Assembly (NCBI GenBank): GCA_965287045.1 | Contig: OZ336876.1 | Location: 90,396,001 to 90,460,000, forward strand | Source: Carcharhinus amblyrhynchos | Taxonomy: Eukaryota | Reading direction: 5' to 3' | DNA: 64,000 nucleotides | Shown: one piece after another, positions 1 to 12,249 of the stretch | How positions within the stretch are numbered: the first letter of the stretch is position 1 | Layout of the letters: the number at the start of each line of letters is the position of its first letter | Notes under the pieces: generated by a model | Database searches by the model: none | Told to the model about the DNA's origin: nothing | Seen by the model: the letters and a program-made list of their open reading frames with translations, nothing else | Position numbers and translations under genes: made by a program

Positions 1-1029
1 ATGATTGGTAGAATGATTAGAAATGACGTGAGGAAAAAGAGTGCTGTAATTTGCAAGGGTACAGACCAGGTGCTGGAAAGCGAAATTAAAATGAGTGACT
101 AGTTTCTTTTTTCTCTTTTTAGGCTGGCATTGACATGATGGGTTGAGTGGCCTCTTTATGCACTATAACCTTTCTGTGGTTCTATCCTGCATTAAGTGCA
201 ATGTTCAGGCTACATTTATTTTTACCAAGGGAACTGTGCACATTCATTAAGAATCAGCTGCACTTTGACTAATGCATCTGTGTTTTCTTTGCAACAGAAA
301 ATCATGAACAAAGCTGCTTTTCCTGTTTTGATTCTCCATGTAATAGTTGCACTGTTTTTAATTTGTTATGCTTTGTCAATCAATATAATTGGTATGGTCT
401 TTTCTAACTGATTCTATTGTACAGCTGTATGTAGCAGAAACATCATGACAGTGGGATAAATACATTACAGTACCCATTTAGTACTGTATTAAACAGCTGT
501 CCTGCCCATAATAATAGCTGTTAAATAAGATAATCGGATATGCATCTTAAGAAAACAAATCAAGCAGCAAATTCCTATTTGTGAAACCAAGCTGGTTCTT
601 TTTTGTAAAGAGTGTTTTGCCACCAGCAGACATGCCATTTATGATCTCGCTGGTTCCCAAACCAGACAGTGAGCCAAGATATTTGCATTTCATGCAACAG
701 AGGCAATCTATAAAGCAAATAGAGACAGTGAAAGAATGAAAATAGATGAGTTGCTCACATGAAGGGGAAACCAAAGTCCCTGTAAATAATAAAATGGTAG
801 CCAAAGGGACAGTGAGGTCAATAAGGCGATCTTTTGGCAGCACTGAGCATGGCTGAGGTACTAACTAAGCACTTTGCATCTGTTTTCATTAGAGAAGAGC
901 ATGTTTCTCAAGTAGCAGTAACTATGGATAGAATAAAAGTAGATACAGGGTGTAAAAAGGAGGCAACAACAACTTATATTTCTATGACACCTTTAATATA
1001 ATGAAATGCCCCATGGCACTTCAGTGTGA

Positions 1030-2600
1030 CTTACTTACTTTTGTAATCTCTGCCTCGATTGATAAAGGCAATTATCCCATATGCCTTTTTCACCAATTTA
1101 CTAATATACCCTTCCACCTTCAGAGATTTATGGACAAACATGCCAAAGTCCCTTTGTTCCACACAAATTCCTCGTATCATGACATTCATTGAATAATCCA
1201 AAGGAATTTCTCAGAAATATAGAAGAGACCTATCCAACTCATCCCTTTTGAATATTACTGTTGAATTTACTTCCACCATCCTTTGTATTCGAGATCAAAT
1301 AGTTCAGTGTATGAAAGAAAAAAATCCTAATGTCATCTGTTTTTCACTAATCGTTTTAAATGTGCCCTCTTGATACCAGTCAGTCTTTCTCTTACTGGAG
1401 ATAGTTCCTCCTTAGTTGTTGTGTTCCAACTAGTCATGAGATGTGGGCATCACTGGCCGCACCAGCATTTGTTGCCTGTCCTGAGTGGTTTGATTGGCCA
1501 TTTCAGAGAGCATTGCTGTGGATCTGGAGTCACATGTAGGCCAGACCAAATAAGGTTAGAAGATTTGCTTCCATAAATAGTATTAGTAATCCAGATGGGT
1601 TCTTATGACAGTCAGTAATGGTTTCATGGTCACCATTAGATTTTCAATTCCAGATTTTTTTATTCACTTTAAGTTTTACAGTCTACCGTGGTGGGATTAA
1701 AACAAGAGCCCCAGAGCATATCCCAGGTCTCTTGATTGCTAGTCCAGTAACAAATGCTATTGCCCCCCCCATTCCCTAAGTCTCTATCAGATCTCTCCTT
1801 AACCCTCTTGGACCAGTTTGTTTAGTCTCACCATGTAACTCCATGGTACCATTCAAATAAATTTCTCTTGTGTCCCTCACATGGTTTTGACATCTTTCTA
1901 AAGTCCAATGCTCTGAATGCTCCAGCTGAGACAGAATCTGTAGTTTCATTTCTAAAGACTGAGCATAACTTCCTTGTTTTCTTTCTTTTCCTCTATTAAT
2001 AAACTCAATGTTATATAAACATGGAAAGGTGTACAGAAAGATGGAGGTCTTTCAGCCCATCATGTCAGTGCTAGCCAGAAAAGAGCTATCTAATCTAATC
2101 CTACCTTCCAGCTCTTGGTTCAAAGCATGTAGATTATGATGACTCAAATGCATATCAAGTGTTTTTATTTAAATGTGATAAGAGTTTCTGTCTGCACTGC
2201 TCAAGCAGGAAGTGAGTTCCAGACTTCCACTACCCTCTGAGTGAAAACATTTCTCCGCAAATCTCACCAATCTTTCTACCAGTGACTATAAATCTATGCC
2301 TCCTAATTGTTCACCTCTCTGCTGATAGAATAATAGGTGCTTCCTATCTAGGCCCCTCATAATTTTGAATATCTCAGTGAACTCTCCCTTCAGCCTTTTC
2401 TCTATTCCTGGCAATTTACTCCCTGACCCTCTTTGTTGCCTCCTCAAAAAATCCAGTCAAATAGAACAGACATGACCTGTTAATAAATCCATGCTGACTA
2501 TCCTTGATTAATCCATTCCTTGGTAAATGACAATGTAAACGGTGTCTCAGAATTCTCTTTCTAATAACTTTCCCACCACTTAGGTTAAGCTAAATAGCCT
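1030..2600 (-). mobile_element. Cluster of old degenerate CR1 fragments, interrupted by a SINE
   Basis: Antisense CR1 3'-region motifs such as gagttccagacttccactaccctctgagtgaaaac and aaatccatgctgactatccttgattaatcc. Heavily decayed. Confidence 0.55.
1430..1770 (-). mobile_element. tRNA-derived SINE (family A, about 340 bp)
   Basis: Alignable by eye to six other copies in the window (tggagtcacatgtaggccagacca; catggtcaccattagattttcaattccagatt). Confidence 0.8.
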
Positions 2601-2969
2601 TTGTTAGTCTCCTTCCTCAGCCTATAGGACTTCAGTCCTTTTTCAGTCTATGCTACTGGTAGCACTGACACCATGATCACTTTGGCTGTTCAGCCCAATC
2701 TCCTCTCCCAATCACCCCGGCAAGAATATTCTGCAGCTTCTCAGTGTTGCTTTTGACTGATACCAAGGTGGCAACACACTAACCTGGAATCATGATTATG
2801 GCTGCAGAAATTCATGATTCTTCCCTTGCTATTGAGTATCATACTGCAATGTGCTGCCCCTCTTGCACAGCTGAGCCACCAATGGTGTGTTGACTTGATT
2901 CTGGTTTTATTCGCAAGGTCACCATTATCCTCATCTGTATTCAGAAATGAATAGTGACTGGAGAGTGAG

Positions 2970-3666
2970 ACATACAATAATCTCTCCCTCAATGTCAACA
3001 AAACGAAGGAGATAGTCAACAATTTCAGGAAGCGTTGTTTACATCATCGGGAACAAAGTGAAAATGGTCGAGAGTTTCAGGTTTCTAGGTGTCCAGATTA
3101 CCAAAAACCTGTCCTGGTCTCTCCATGCCAACGCTATAGTTGAGAAAATCCACAACACCTCTACTTCCTCAGGAGGCTAAGGAAATTTGGCATGTCCAGT
3201 ATGACTTTCACCAACTTTTACAGATGCACCATAGAAAGCAATCTTTCTGGTTGTATCACAGCTTGGTATGGCTGCTGCTCTATCCAACACTGCAAGAAAT
3301 GATAAAGGATCTTGAATAAAGCCCAGTCCATCACTCAAACTAGCCTCCCAACCATTGACACTGTCTGCACTTCCAGCTGCCTCAGCATAATCAAGGACTC
3401 CACATACCCCAGGCATACTGTTTCCATCTTCTTCTGTCATGAAAAAGATACAAATGTCAGAGGACACGTAGCAACTCTTCTCTGCTGCCATCAGACTTTT
3501 GAATGGACCTACCTTGTATTAAATTGATCTTTGTCTACACCCTAGCTATGACTATAACATTGCATTTTGCGCTTTCTCCTTTCCTCTTTTATGTACGGTA
3601 TGCTTTGTATAGTGCTCAAGAAATAATTGTATGTTAATACATGTGGCAATATTCAATCAAATCAAA
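2970..3666 (+). mobile_element. Rex1/Babar-type LINE, 5'-truncated
   Basis: Degenerate RT C-terminus (LNVNKTKEIV...LYFLRRLRKFGMS...NFYRCTIES) and (ATCAA)n tail. Confidence 0.8.
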
Positions 3667-3669
3667 TAC

Positions 3670-4212
3670 GAACTGAGAGCAAGACTTGGCCACTTGGTTC
3701 CTCGAGCTTGCTCCACAATTCAACGAGATTGTGGCTGTTCTGATTGTAACCCCAACTCCATATTTCCACCACCCCCAATTTTCACTCCCTTGCTCATCAA
3801 GAATCTATCTAGCTCTGCCTTAAAAGTATTTAAGGACTCTGATTCTACTGCCTCTTGAGGCAGAGAGTTCCAAAAGCTCATGACCTTCTGAGAGAATCTT
3901 CTCCTCATCTGAGCTTTAAATTGGTATTTTAAACAGTCACCCCTAGTTTTAGCTTCTCCCACAAGAGAAACATTCTTTTTACATCAACCCTGTAAGGACC
4001 CCACAGGATCTTTTATGTTTCAGTCATGTTGCCCCTTACTCTGTTAAATTCCAGTGGATACGAGCTTGGCCAGTCCAATCTTTCTTCGTAAGACAACCCA
4101 CCTGTTACAGCTATTAGTTTGTAAATCTTCTCTGCACTGCTTCCAACACATTTACATTATTCCTTACGTAAAGAGATCAGTACTGTACACAATATTCCCA
4201 ATGTGATCTCCC
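3670..4212 (-). mobile_element. CR1 LINE 3' fragment
   Basis: ORF 3720-3962 resembles the CR1 ORF2 C-terminus (FSQKVMSFWNSLPQEAVESESLNTFKAELDRFL). Confidence 0.8.
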
Positions 4213-4213
4213 C

Positions 4214-5470
4214 AATAAAAGCAAATTACTGCAGATGCTAGAATCTGAAACCAAAACAGAAAATGCTGGAAAATCTCAGCAGGTCTGGCAGCGTCTGTAA
4301 GGAGAGAAAAGAGCCGATGTTTTGAGTCGAAATGACCTTCTGTCAAAGCTAAAAGGCATAGAAAGTGGGAGATATTTATATTGTAGGGTGAGGGAAGGAA
4401 AGATGAGTCATAGCCACAAAAAGAAGGGGAAAAGCTACTAATGGCAGCCCATAGAGAGAATAGAAGGTATGAATGGCTAAATGGCAGCGAAGCTGAATTC
4501 AGAGGGTAAGCTGTGACAGATGAAGATGGGGCGGGAGCGGGGAGATAGGTGGGAAAGAGGTAAAATTGAGAAAAAGCGAGAGGGGAAATGGGGGAGAAAG
4601 GGTAAGGAAAGGGGGATAAAATGGGAGGAAAAGTGTGGGGGAAATAAAGAGAGACAATAGAGAAATGGTAGACAACAATTAAAAATCAAATAAAAGGAAA
4701 ACAAAGAACATAAGAAATAGGAGCAGGAATAGGGCATCTAGCCCTTTGAGCCTGCCCCGCCATTCAGTAAGATCATGGCTGGTCTGAAGTGGATCAGTTC
4801 CACTTACCCACCTGCTCCCCATAACCCTTAATTCTCTTATCGATCAGAAATCTATCAACCCGTGTCTTAAATATATTCAATGAGGTAGCCTCCACCACTT
4901 CAGTGGGCAGAGAATTCCAGAGATTCACCACCCTCTGAGAGAAGAAGTTCCTCCTCAACTCTGTTCTAAACTGACCCCTCCCCCTCTTATTTTGGGGCTG
5001 TGCCATCTTAAGTGGAAAGAATCTGTCGACCTCTACCCTATCTAGCCTTCTATTCGCCTTCTTGATCATCTGCTGCACCTGTAGACTGAGTTTTTGTGAT
5101 TTGTGCACAAGGACCCCCAGGTCCCTCTGCACAGTAGCACGCTGCAACTTTTCACCATTTAAATAATATTCCATCCTATTATTATTTCTTCTAAAGGGGT
5201 TGAGGTAGGGGAGAGCTTATCATCTGAAGTTGTTGAATTTGATGTTGAGACCGACATGTCGTCTTCCAGCTAGGCACATTACAGCCTTTCGGTCTCAACA
5301 TCAATTCAACAACTTCAGGTGATCAGTTCTACCCCACCTCGACCCCTTTGTTTTCATTTTATTTCATTTTGAACTTTTCTCTATTTTTTTTATTGTCTTT
5401 ATTATTCTTTTCCCCCCTCCTGTTCTTCCCCATTTTATCCCCCCTTTCCTTACCTTTCTCCCACTTTGCT
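4214..5470 (-). mobile_element. Penelope-like element (family P2) remnant with inverted arm, interrupted by a CR1
   Basis: pLTR-like 4214-4350 with hammerhead-like core. GIY-YIG C-terminal remnant (FQLGTLQPFGLNI) at about 5260-5320. 5197-5253 is the reverse complement of 5290-5346. Confidence 0.65.
4707..5192 (-). mobile_element. CR1 LINE 3' fragment with internal deletion
   Basis: ORF 4794-5174 is the CR1 ORF2 C-terminus lacking the block between KKANR and LDRV. (TTCTTATG) tail. AAAG target-site duplication at 4703-4706 and 5193-5196. Confidence 0.9.
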
Positions 5471-5616
5471 TCCCCCACACACACCCACTCCCCCCACACA
5501 CCCACCCCCCCCCACACACACACACTCACCCCCAACCCCAACCCCCCCCCACACGCTCACACTCGCACCCATCCCCCACACGCATGCACCCACCACCCCC
5601 CACCCACACCCACACA
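5471..5616. repeat. C/A-rich low-complexity tract, (CA)n and (CCCA)n-like
   Basis: Direct inspection. Confidence 0.85.
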
Positions 5617-6149
5617 TCTTCATCTAGCACAGGTTGTAATCAGTTTCCCTCAATGAATAATATTCTATTAGATTTCCTAATTACTTGCTATAACTGTATA
5701 CTAACCTACACTATGGGTGCAGGATAGCATGCAGTCACTGTGCTATATTCCTGATTCACTGTCTGGCATGACCCAATCATTCTCTGTCTGCGCACCCTGT
5801 GCAGCCGAGGTGATAACCTCCGGAAAAGTGTTATCAACGTAACTTTAGCCTTGTGAATTCACTGCAGTGATACCAACTGCTGGAGTGTAAATACCTTTGA
5901 CTGTAGATATTTCCCATATGTTTTTTCAACCAGGACATAAGCATTCAGGAGTCCACGCATGAAGCAGAATATACATTCCATGGAATGCCATTCGTTTAGT
6001 TATTGGGCTATTAATGAAGATAACAGAAATAAGCCTAAGGTTAACAAAAAAAGTTCATCAGCCATTGATCAATTCGTCCCTTTCCATTGAACCATTGAAA
6101 CCCTACTGTGTAGAAGGAGGCCATTTGGCCTCTGTGAAAGAACGTCTTA

Positions 6150-6617
6150 TCCACACAGACACAGCAAGAACATACAAATTTCACACAGTCATCCAAGGTT
6201 GGAATCAAATCCGGGTCCCTAGCACTGTAAGGCAGCAGTGCTAACCATTCTGCCACCATGCTAACCATTCTGCCACCATGCTGCCCCACTGTGCCACCTT
6301 GCTGCCCCGCCGCCCCTGGAGCCAATGTTCCTTTAGTGTCTGTATCTCTCTCCCTTGGTTCCCCATACCAGGAACACAGTTTTGATTCTAGGCTTGGGTC
6401 ACTGTCTGTGTGGAGTTTGTGTGTTTTCCCAGTGTCTGCATGGGTTTCCTCCCACAGTTGAAAGATGTGCAGATTAGGTGGATTGGCCATGCTAAAATTG
6501 CCTCTTAGTGTCAGGTGGACTAGCATAGTAAATGCATGGAGTTATGAGGATAGGGCCTGGGTAGGACTTGATGGACCAAATGGCCTCATTCTGCACTTCG
6601 GATGCTATGATATGATT
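6150..6617. mobile_element. Two HE1-like tRNA-derived SINE pieces, head to head (- at about 6150-6310, + at about 6380-6617)
   Basis: A/B-box-like head (tggttagcactgctgcc; ggttcgattcc-like) and body gggtcactgtctgtgtggagtttg...gattggccatgctaaaattgcc. A 20-bp tandem duplication lies at 6239-6278. Confidence 0.75.
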
Positions 6618-7020
6618 CATGATAGCACTCCTTTGCCTATGTCGAGGTACTAAAATGTTAAACACATAAAAGGTTAATTATAGGTACTCAACTGATATAA
6701 TTGCCTTAAAAGCCTCGGGTTTTGCTGCTGCTTTCTCTGAGCTGATTGTGATATCACTCTGCTATTTTTATTTTCCTGCCACTGTTCCTGGTGCCCCGGG
6801 ACCTACTCTTTCCTTAAAACCCTTCTCAACTTGTCCTGCTGACTTTAATGAATTAAGTGCATGCACTCCCAGGGTCTCCTGTAGTCTTCTGAAAATTGTT
6901 CCATTCAGTTCATATTGCCTTTCCTCATTCCCTTTGCCAAAATGTACGCCATTCACATTTGCTCCTGGAGACCCAAAGCTTCAAAGCCAAAAAAAATCCC
7001 TTTTGTTTTCAAGATTTGCC

Positions 7021-7770
7021 AGTTATGTTTACCATTTACATAGGCGATTTGGAGGAGGGGCTGAGTGTAGGGTAACAAAATTTGCTGATGACACGAAGAT
7101 GAGTGGAAAATCGAATTGTGTGGAAGGCGCAGAAAGTCTGCAGAGAGATCTGGATAGGCTGAGTGAGTGGACGAGGACCTGACAGATGGAGTATAATGTT
7201 AGCAAATGTGAGGTTATCCACTTTAGTAGAACTAATAGTAGGAGAGATTACTATTTAAAGGGTGAAAAGCTGCAACATGCTACAGTGCAGAGGTTCCGGG
7301 GGTCCTTGTGCACAAATCGCTAAAACCCAGTCTGCAGGTGCAGCAGGCGATCAAGAAGGCAAATAGAATGTTGCCCTTTATAGCGAGGGGGATAGAATAT
7401 AAAAGCAGGGAGGTCTTGCTGCAACTGTACAAGATACTGGTGAGGCCACAACTGGAGTACTGTGCGCAGTTTTGGTCTCCGCATTTGCAAAAGGATATAC
7501 TAGCCTTGGAGGACAGAGAAGGTTCACCAGGCTGATACCGGAGATGAGCGGGTTAGCTTACAAAGAGAGATTGAATAGACTGGGCCTGTACTCGGAGTTT
7601 AGAAGGCTGAGGGGGGATCTTATAGAGACTTACAAGGTAATGAAGGGGCTAGATAGGGTAGAGGTAGGGAGATTCTTCCTGCTTAGAAAGGACAGCAGAA
7701 CTAGAGGGCACAGCCTCAAAATAAGGGGGGGGGGGGTGCAGTTTAGATCGGAGTTGAGGAGGAACTCCTT
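7021..7770 (+). mobile_element. Older CR1 3' fragment, left half (continues at 12609-12867)
   Basis: KFADDTK RT motif and downstream ORF2 with stops and frameshifts. Breaks at aggaggaactccttca and resumes at ttcactcaaagggtggtg. Confidence 0.9.
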
Positions 7771-7861
7771 CATAAGAACATAAGAAATAGGAGCAGGAGT
7801 AGGCCATCCAGCCCTTCGAGCCTGCCCCGCCATTCAATAAGATCATGGCTGATCTGTCGTG

Positions 7862-10791
7862 GCTCAGTTCCACATTCCTGCCCTCTCCCCATAACCCTTA
7901 ATCCCCTCGCTTATCAAAAACCCATTTAGCGAGGCAGCCTCCACCACTTCAACGGGCAGAGAATTCCAGAGATTCACCACCCTTTGAGTGAAGAAGTTCC
8001 TCCTCAACTCCGTTTTAAACCGCCACCCCCCTTTATCTTGAGGCTGTGCCCCCTAGTCCTACTGTTCTTTCTGAGCAGGAAGAGTCTCTCCACCTCTATC
8101 CTATCCATCCCATTCATCATCATATACGTCTCAATGAGATCTCCCCTCATTCTTCTAAACTCTAACGAGTACAAGCCTAGGTTATTCAGCCTCTCCTCAT
8201 AGCTCAACCCCCTCAACTCCGGTATCAGCCTAGTAAACCTCCTCTGCACTCCCTCCAAGGCCAAAATATCCTTGCGCAAGTGCGGCGACCAAAACTGCAC
8301 ACAGTACTCCAGCTGCGGCCTCACCAATGCCCTATACAGCTGCAGCAAGACCTCCCTACTTTTATATTCAATCCCCCTCGCTATGAAGGCCAGCATCCCA
8401 TTAGCCTTCCTGACCACCTGCTGCACCTGCAAGCTGGGTTTTTGCGACTCATGCACAAGGACCCCGAGGTCCCTCTGCACCATCGCCTGCTGCAGTTTTT
8501 CGCCACGTAAGTAATAGTCCTTCCTACCATTATTCCTACCAAAGTGGACCACCTCGCACTTGCCAACATTAAATTCCATTTGCCATTTCCTGGCCCATTC
8601 GCCCAGCCTATCTAGATCCTTCTGCAGACTCTCCACACCCTCTGCGCAATTTGCCGTTCCACCAATCTTGGTGTCATCAGCAAATTTTGACACCATACAC
8701 TCGGTTCCCTCCTCCAGATCATCTATATAAATGGTAAATAGCTGAGGCCCCAGCACCGACCCCTGGGGCACTCCACTAGTCACCAACCGCCAATCCGAAT
8801 AGCACCCATTAACCCCCACTCTCTGCCTCCTATTTGACAACCAATCCTCTATCCACGCTAACACCCTACCCCCAACTCCATGCCCCCTTACCTTCTGCAA
8901 TAACCTCTTGTGAGGTACCTTGTCAAACGCCTTCTAAAAATCAAGGAAGACCACATCCACCAGCTTTCCTCTATCCACCGCCCTAGACACATCCTCATAG
9001 AACTCCAATAAATTTGTCAGACACGACTTCCCCTTAACGAAACCATGCTGCGTCTGCTGTATCAAGCAATTCCCCTCAAGATGCCTCGCTATTTCCTCCT
9101 TGATGACGGATTCTAACATTTTACCTACAACAGACGTTAAACTAACCGGCCTATAATTCCCTGCCTTTTGCCTGCCACCCTTCTTAAACAACGGCGTAAC
9201 ATTAGCCATTCTCCAATCTTCCGGCACTTCCCCGGAATCCAGTGACGTTTGGAAAATAACCACCAAGGCATCCACTATCACCTCCGCCATTTCTTTCAGA
9301 ATCCTCGGATGCATTCCATCCGGTCCTGGGGACTTGTCCACAATCAGTCCCTCCAGTCTGTCGAGCACCGCCTCTCTAGTAACAATAATGTCATTGAGAC
9401 CCTCCAGTCCTACCACCTTTCCGTCGCTAACACCGGGCAAATTATTCACGTCCTCCTCCGTGAAGACCGAAACAAAAAAGTTATTCAAGGCCTCAGCCAT
9501 TTCCCCATCCCCTACCACTAAGTCCCCCCTCTCATCCTCTAAGGGTCCAACGTTCACCCTAGCCAGCCTCTTCTTTTTTATATACTTATAAAAAGTCTTG
9601 CTATCCTTTTTTATATTAAGCGCTAGCCCAGCTTCATAGTTTCTCCTACCCTTCTTTATCAACTTCTTTGTCAATCTTTGTTGGCATTTAAACCTCTCCC
9701 AATCCTCTTCTTGCCCACTACTCTTAGCTACTCTAAACTCCTCCGCTTTTAATTTAACACTTTCCTTCACCTCCTTCGTTATCCATGGCTTATTACCTCT
9801 CCTCCTACGGTCCTTTTTAACCATCGGAATAAATTTCTGCTGAGCACCAAGAAAGATCTCCTTAAAGATCCTCCACTGCTCCTCAGCAGACCTACCTTCC
9901 AACGCGCTCCCCCAGTCAACATTCGCCAATTCTTCTCTCATCCTACCGTACTCCCCTCTATTCAAACAAAGGACACATGTCCGGGAACCCACTTTCTCCT
10001 CCTCCATCTGCACCAGAAACTCCACCATACAATGATCACTCTCCCCAAGAGGATCCTTCACCACAAGGTCCCTAATTCTACCCGCCTCATTACATAACAC
10101 CAGATCCAAGATAGCTCGCTCCCTCGTCGGCTCCAACACACACTGTTCAAGGAAACTATCCCAGCAGCATTCCAAGAACGCCTCCTCGAGCCCACCGAGT
10201 CCAACATGGGTCGACCAATCAATATGTAGATTGAAATCCCCCATAATTATCACCGTTCCATTCCTGCACGCTGCACTTATTTGCGTGTTAACAGCCCGCC
10301 CCACCTCCAGATCATTATTCGGGGGCCTATAGACGACACCCACCAGCGCCTTCCTCCCTTTGCTGTTCCTAATCTCCACCCACAACGATTCCACTTTCTG
10401 CTCTTTGGTTCCTATGTCATCCCTTGCTACCACCCTGATGCTATCCTTAATCAGCAGAGCTACGCTCCCGCCTATCCTTCCTAAACACTTGATACCCCTG
10501 GACATTCAGCTCCCATTCCCTGTCACCTTGCAGCCACGCTTCTGTAATGGCCACCAGATCATATCCATTTGTGCTGATCTGCGCCACCAGCTCATCCACT
10601 TTATTCCAAATGCTTCGTGCATTCAGATAAAATGCCTTCATCCCAGCCTTCACCTGGACCCTATTTGCCAGAACGCCACCAACCATACTCACGCCCCCTA
10701 CTCCCTTTATTATTGGGACATCCTCGGCCTCTTCCCTTACCTGTACCCTCTCCTTAACTTTAGACACCCCCCCCCGCCCCCCCCGCACCAA
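7862..10791 (-). pseudogene. CR1 ORF2 (APE endonuclease plus reverse transcriptase), disrupted
   Basis: ORFs 10447-10791, 8934-10505 and 8004-8900 join into one ORF2. Lesions: frameshifting deletion near 10465, CAG>TAG at 8934-8936, frameshift near 8028, and a 21-bp deletion at 7925 relative to the sister copy at 23143-25295. Confidence 0.92.
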
Positions 10792-12249
10792 TTAGTTTAA
10801 AGCCCTGTCTACAGTCCTCTTTACACGATTCGCCAGGACTCTGGTCCCAGCACGGTTCAACCCCATCCCACCTGAACAGGTCCCACCTACCCCAATACTG
10901 ATGCCAATGTCCCATAAATTCAAACCCATTCCTCCCACACCAATCCCTGAGCCACCCATTCACTTCCTTAATCTTATCAACCTTACGTCCGTCTGCACTC
11001 GGTTCAGGCAGTAGCCCAGAGATCACCACCTTGTCGGTTCTACTTTTTAATTCCATTCCCAGCTTTTCATACTCCCTCCCCAGATCCTCAGTTCGCGTTT
11101 TGCCTAAGTCGTTGGCACCCACATGTACCACAACAACCGGATTCTCACCCTCCCGTTCCAGGTTCCTCTGCAGCCCAGATGCGACATCCCGGACCCGAGC
11201 ACCAGGCAGACAACACACCCTTCTGTGCACTTTGTCATTGTGACAAAAGACAGTGTCAATACCCTTAACCCCACTATCCCCAATTACTACTACGTTCCTT
11301 TTCACCCTCTCTTTGCCTATGTCCTGCGTCTGCATTGCTGTACTGTGTGCAGTCTGCTCACCAGCCTCGCCTCCCTCGTTCTCGTCCTGACTGGAAGCAA
11401 GAACCTCAAACCTGTTATGCAGATTGAGAGGCTGAGGCCTCCGCTCCCCACCCTCCTTCCTCCGCTCCCCACCCTCCTTCCTCCGCTCCCCACCCTCCTT
11501 CCTCCGCTCCCCACCCTCCTTCCTCCGCTCCCCACCCTCCTTCCTCCGCTCCCCACCCTCCTTCCTCCGCTCCCCACCCTCCTTCCTCCGCTCCCCACCC
11601 TCCTTCCTCCGCTCCCCACCCTCCTTCCTCCGCTCCCCACCCTCCTTCCTCCGCTCCCCACCCTCCTTCCTCCGCTCCCCACCCTCCTTCCTCCGCTCCC
11701 CACCCTCCTTCCTCCGCTCCCCACCCTCCTTCCTCCGCTCCCCACCCTCCTTCCTCCGCTCCCCACCCTCCTTCCTCCGCTCCCCACCCTCCTTCCTCCG
11801 CTCCCCACCCTCCTTCCTCCGCTCCCCACCCTCCTTCCTCCGCTCCCCACCCTCCTTCCTCCGCTCCCCACCCTCCTTCCTCCGCTCCCCACCCTCCTTC
11901 CTCCGCTCCCCACCCTCCTTCCTCCGCTCCCCACCCTCCTTCCTCCGCTCCCCACCCTCCTTCCTCCGCTCCCCACCCCCCTTCCTCCTCTCAGCAGCCC
12001 CCTCTTGTTCCTGACCCTTAGAGTTAGCCAGTCTGGGGGGGGGGTGGATGTCACTTGCACCCCATTGACAATGGCACCCTCTCTCCCCCTGATGAGCCTC
12101 AGTGTCTGTAGCTCAGAGGCCAGCTCATCTACCTTGAGCTGGAGCTCCTCCAGCAACCTGCACTTACTGCAGACATGGTCACTGGGAAGGACCCTGGGGC
12201 CCACCAGCTCCCACATCATACAGAAACAACACATCACATGCCCCTCCAT
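10792..12249 (-). pseudogene. CR1 ORF1 (zinc finger, leucine zipper, repeat expansion, SGNH esterase) with two frameshifts
   Basis: MEGHVMCCFC...HVCSKC...LEELQLKVDELASELQTL. Frameshift at G10 (12035-12044). VVVIGDS and VHVGAND esterase blocks. Small deletion in the DGxH motif near 10860. Stop at 10792-10794. Confidence 0.85.
11438..11983. repeat. Minisatellite, 26 x 21 bp (CCTCCGCTCCCCACCCTCCTT), inside CR1 ORF1
   Basis: 546 bp equals 26 units. The units appear identical except the last, which has a T>C change. Confidence 0.97.

Noticed and set aside
5348-5656. Pro/His/Thr-rich ORF
   Set aside because: Translation of pyrimidine-rich and CA-rich low-complexity sequence.
11438-11983. CRISPR-like array
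   Set aside because: Contiguous identical units with no spacers, in eukaryotic DNA with no cas genes.
11317-12249. 310-aa protein with (GSGGRRV)n as a novel RG-rich protein
   Set aside because: Product of the G10 frameshift. The frame continuous with the esterase domain reads KEGGERR.
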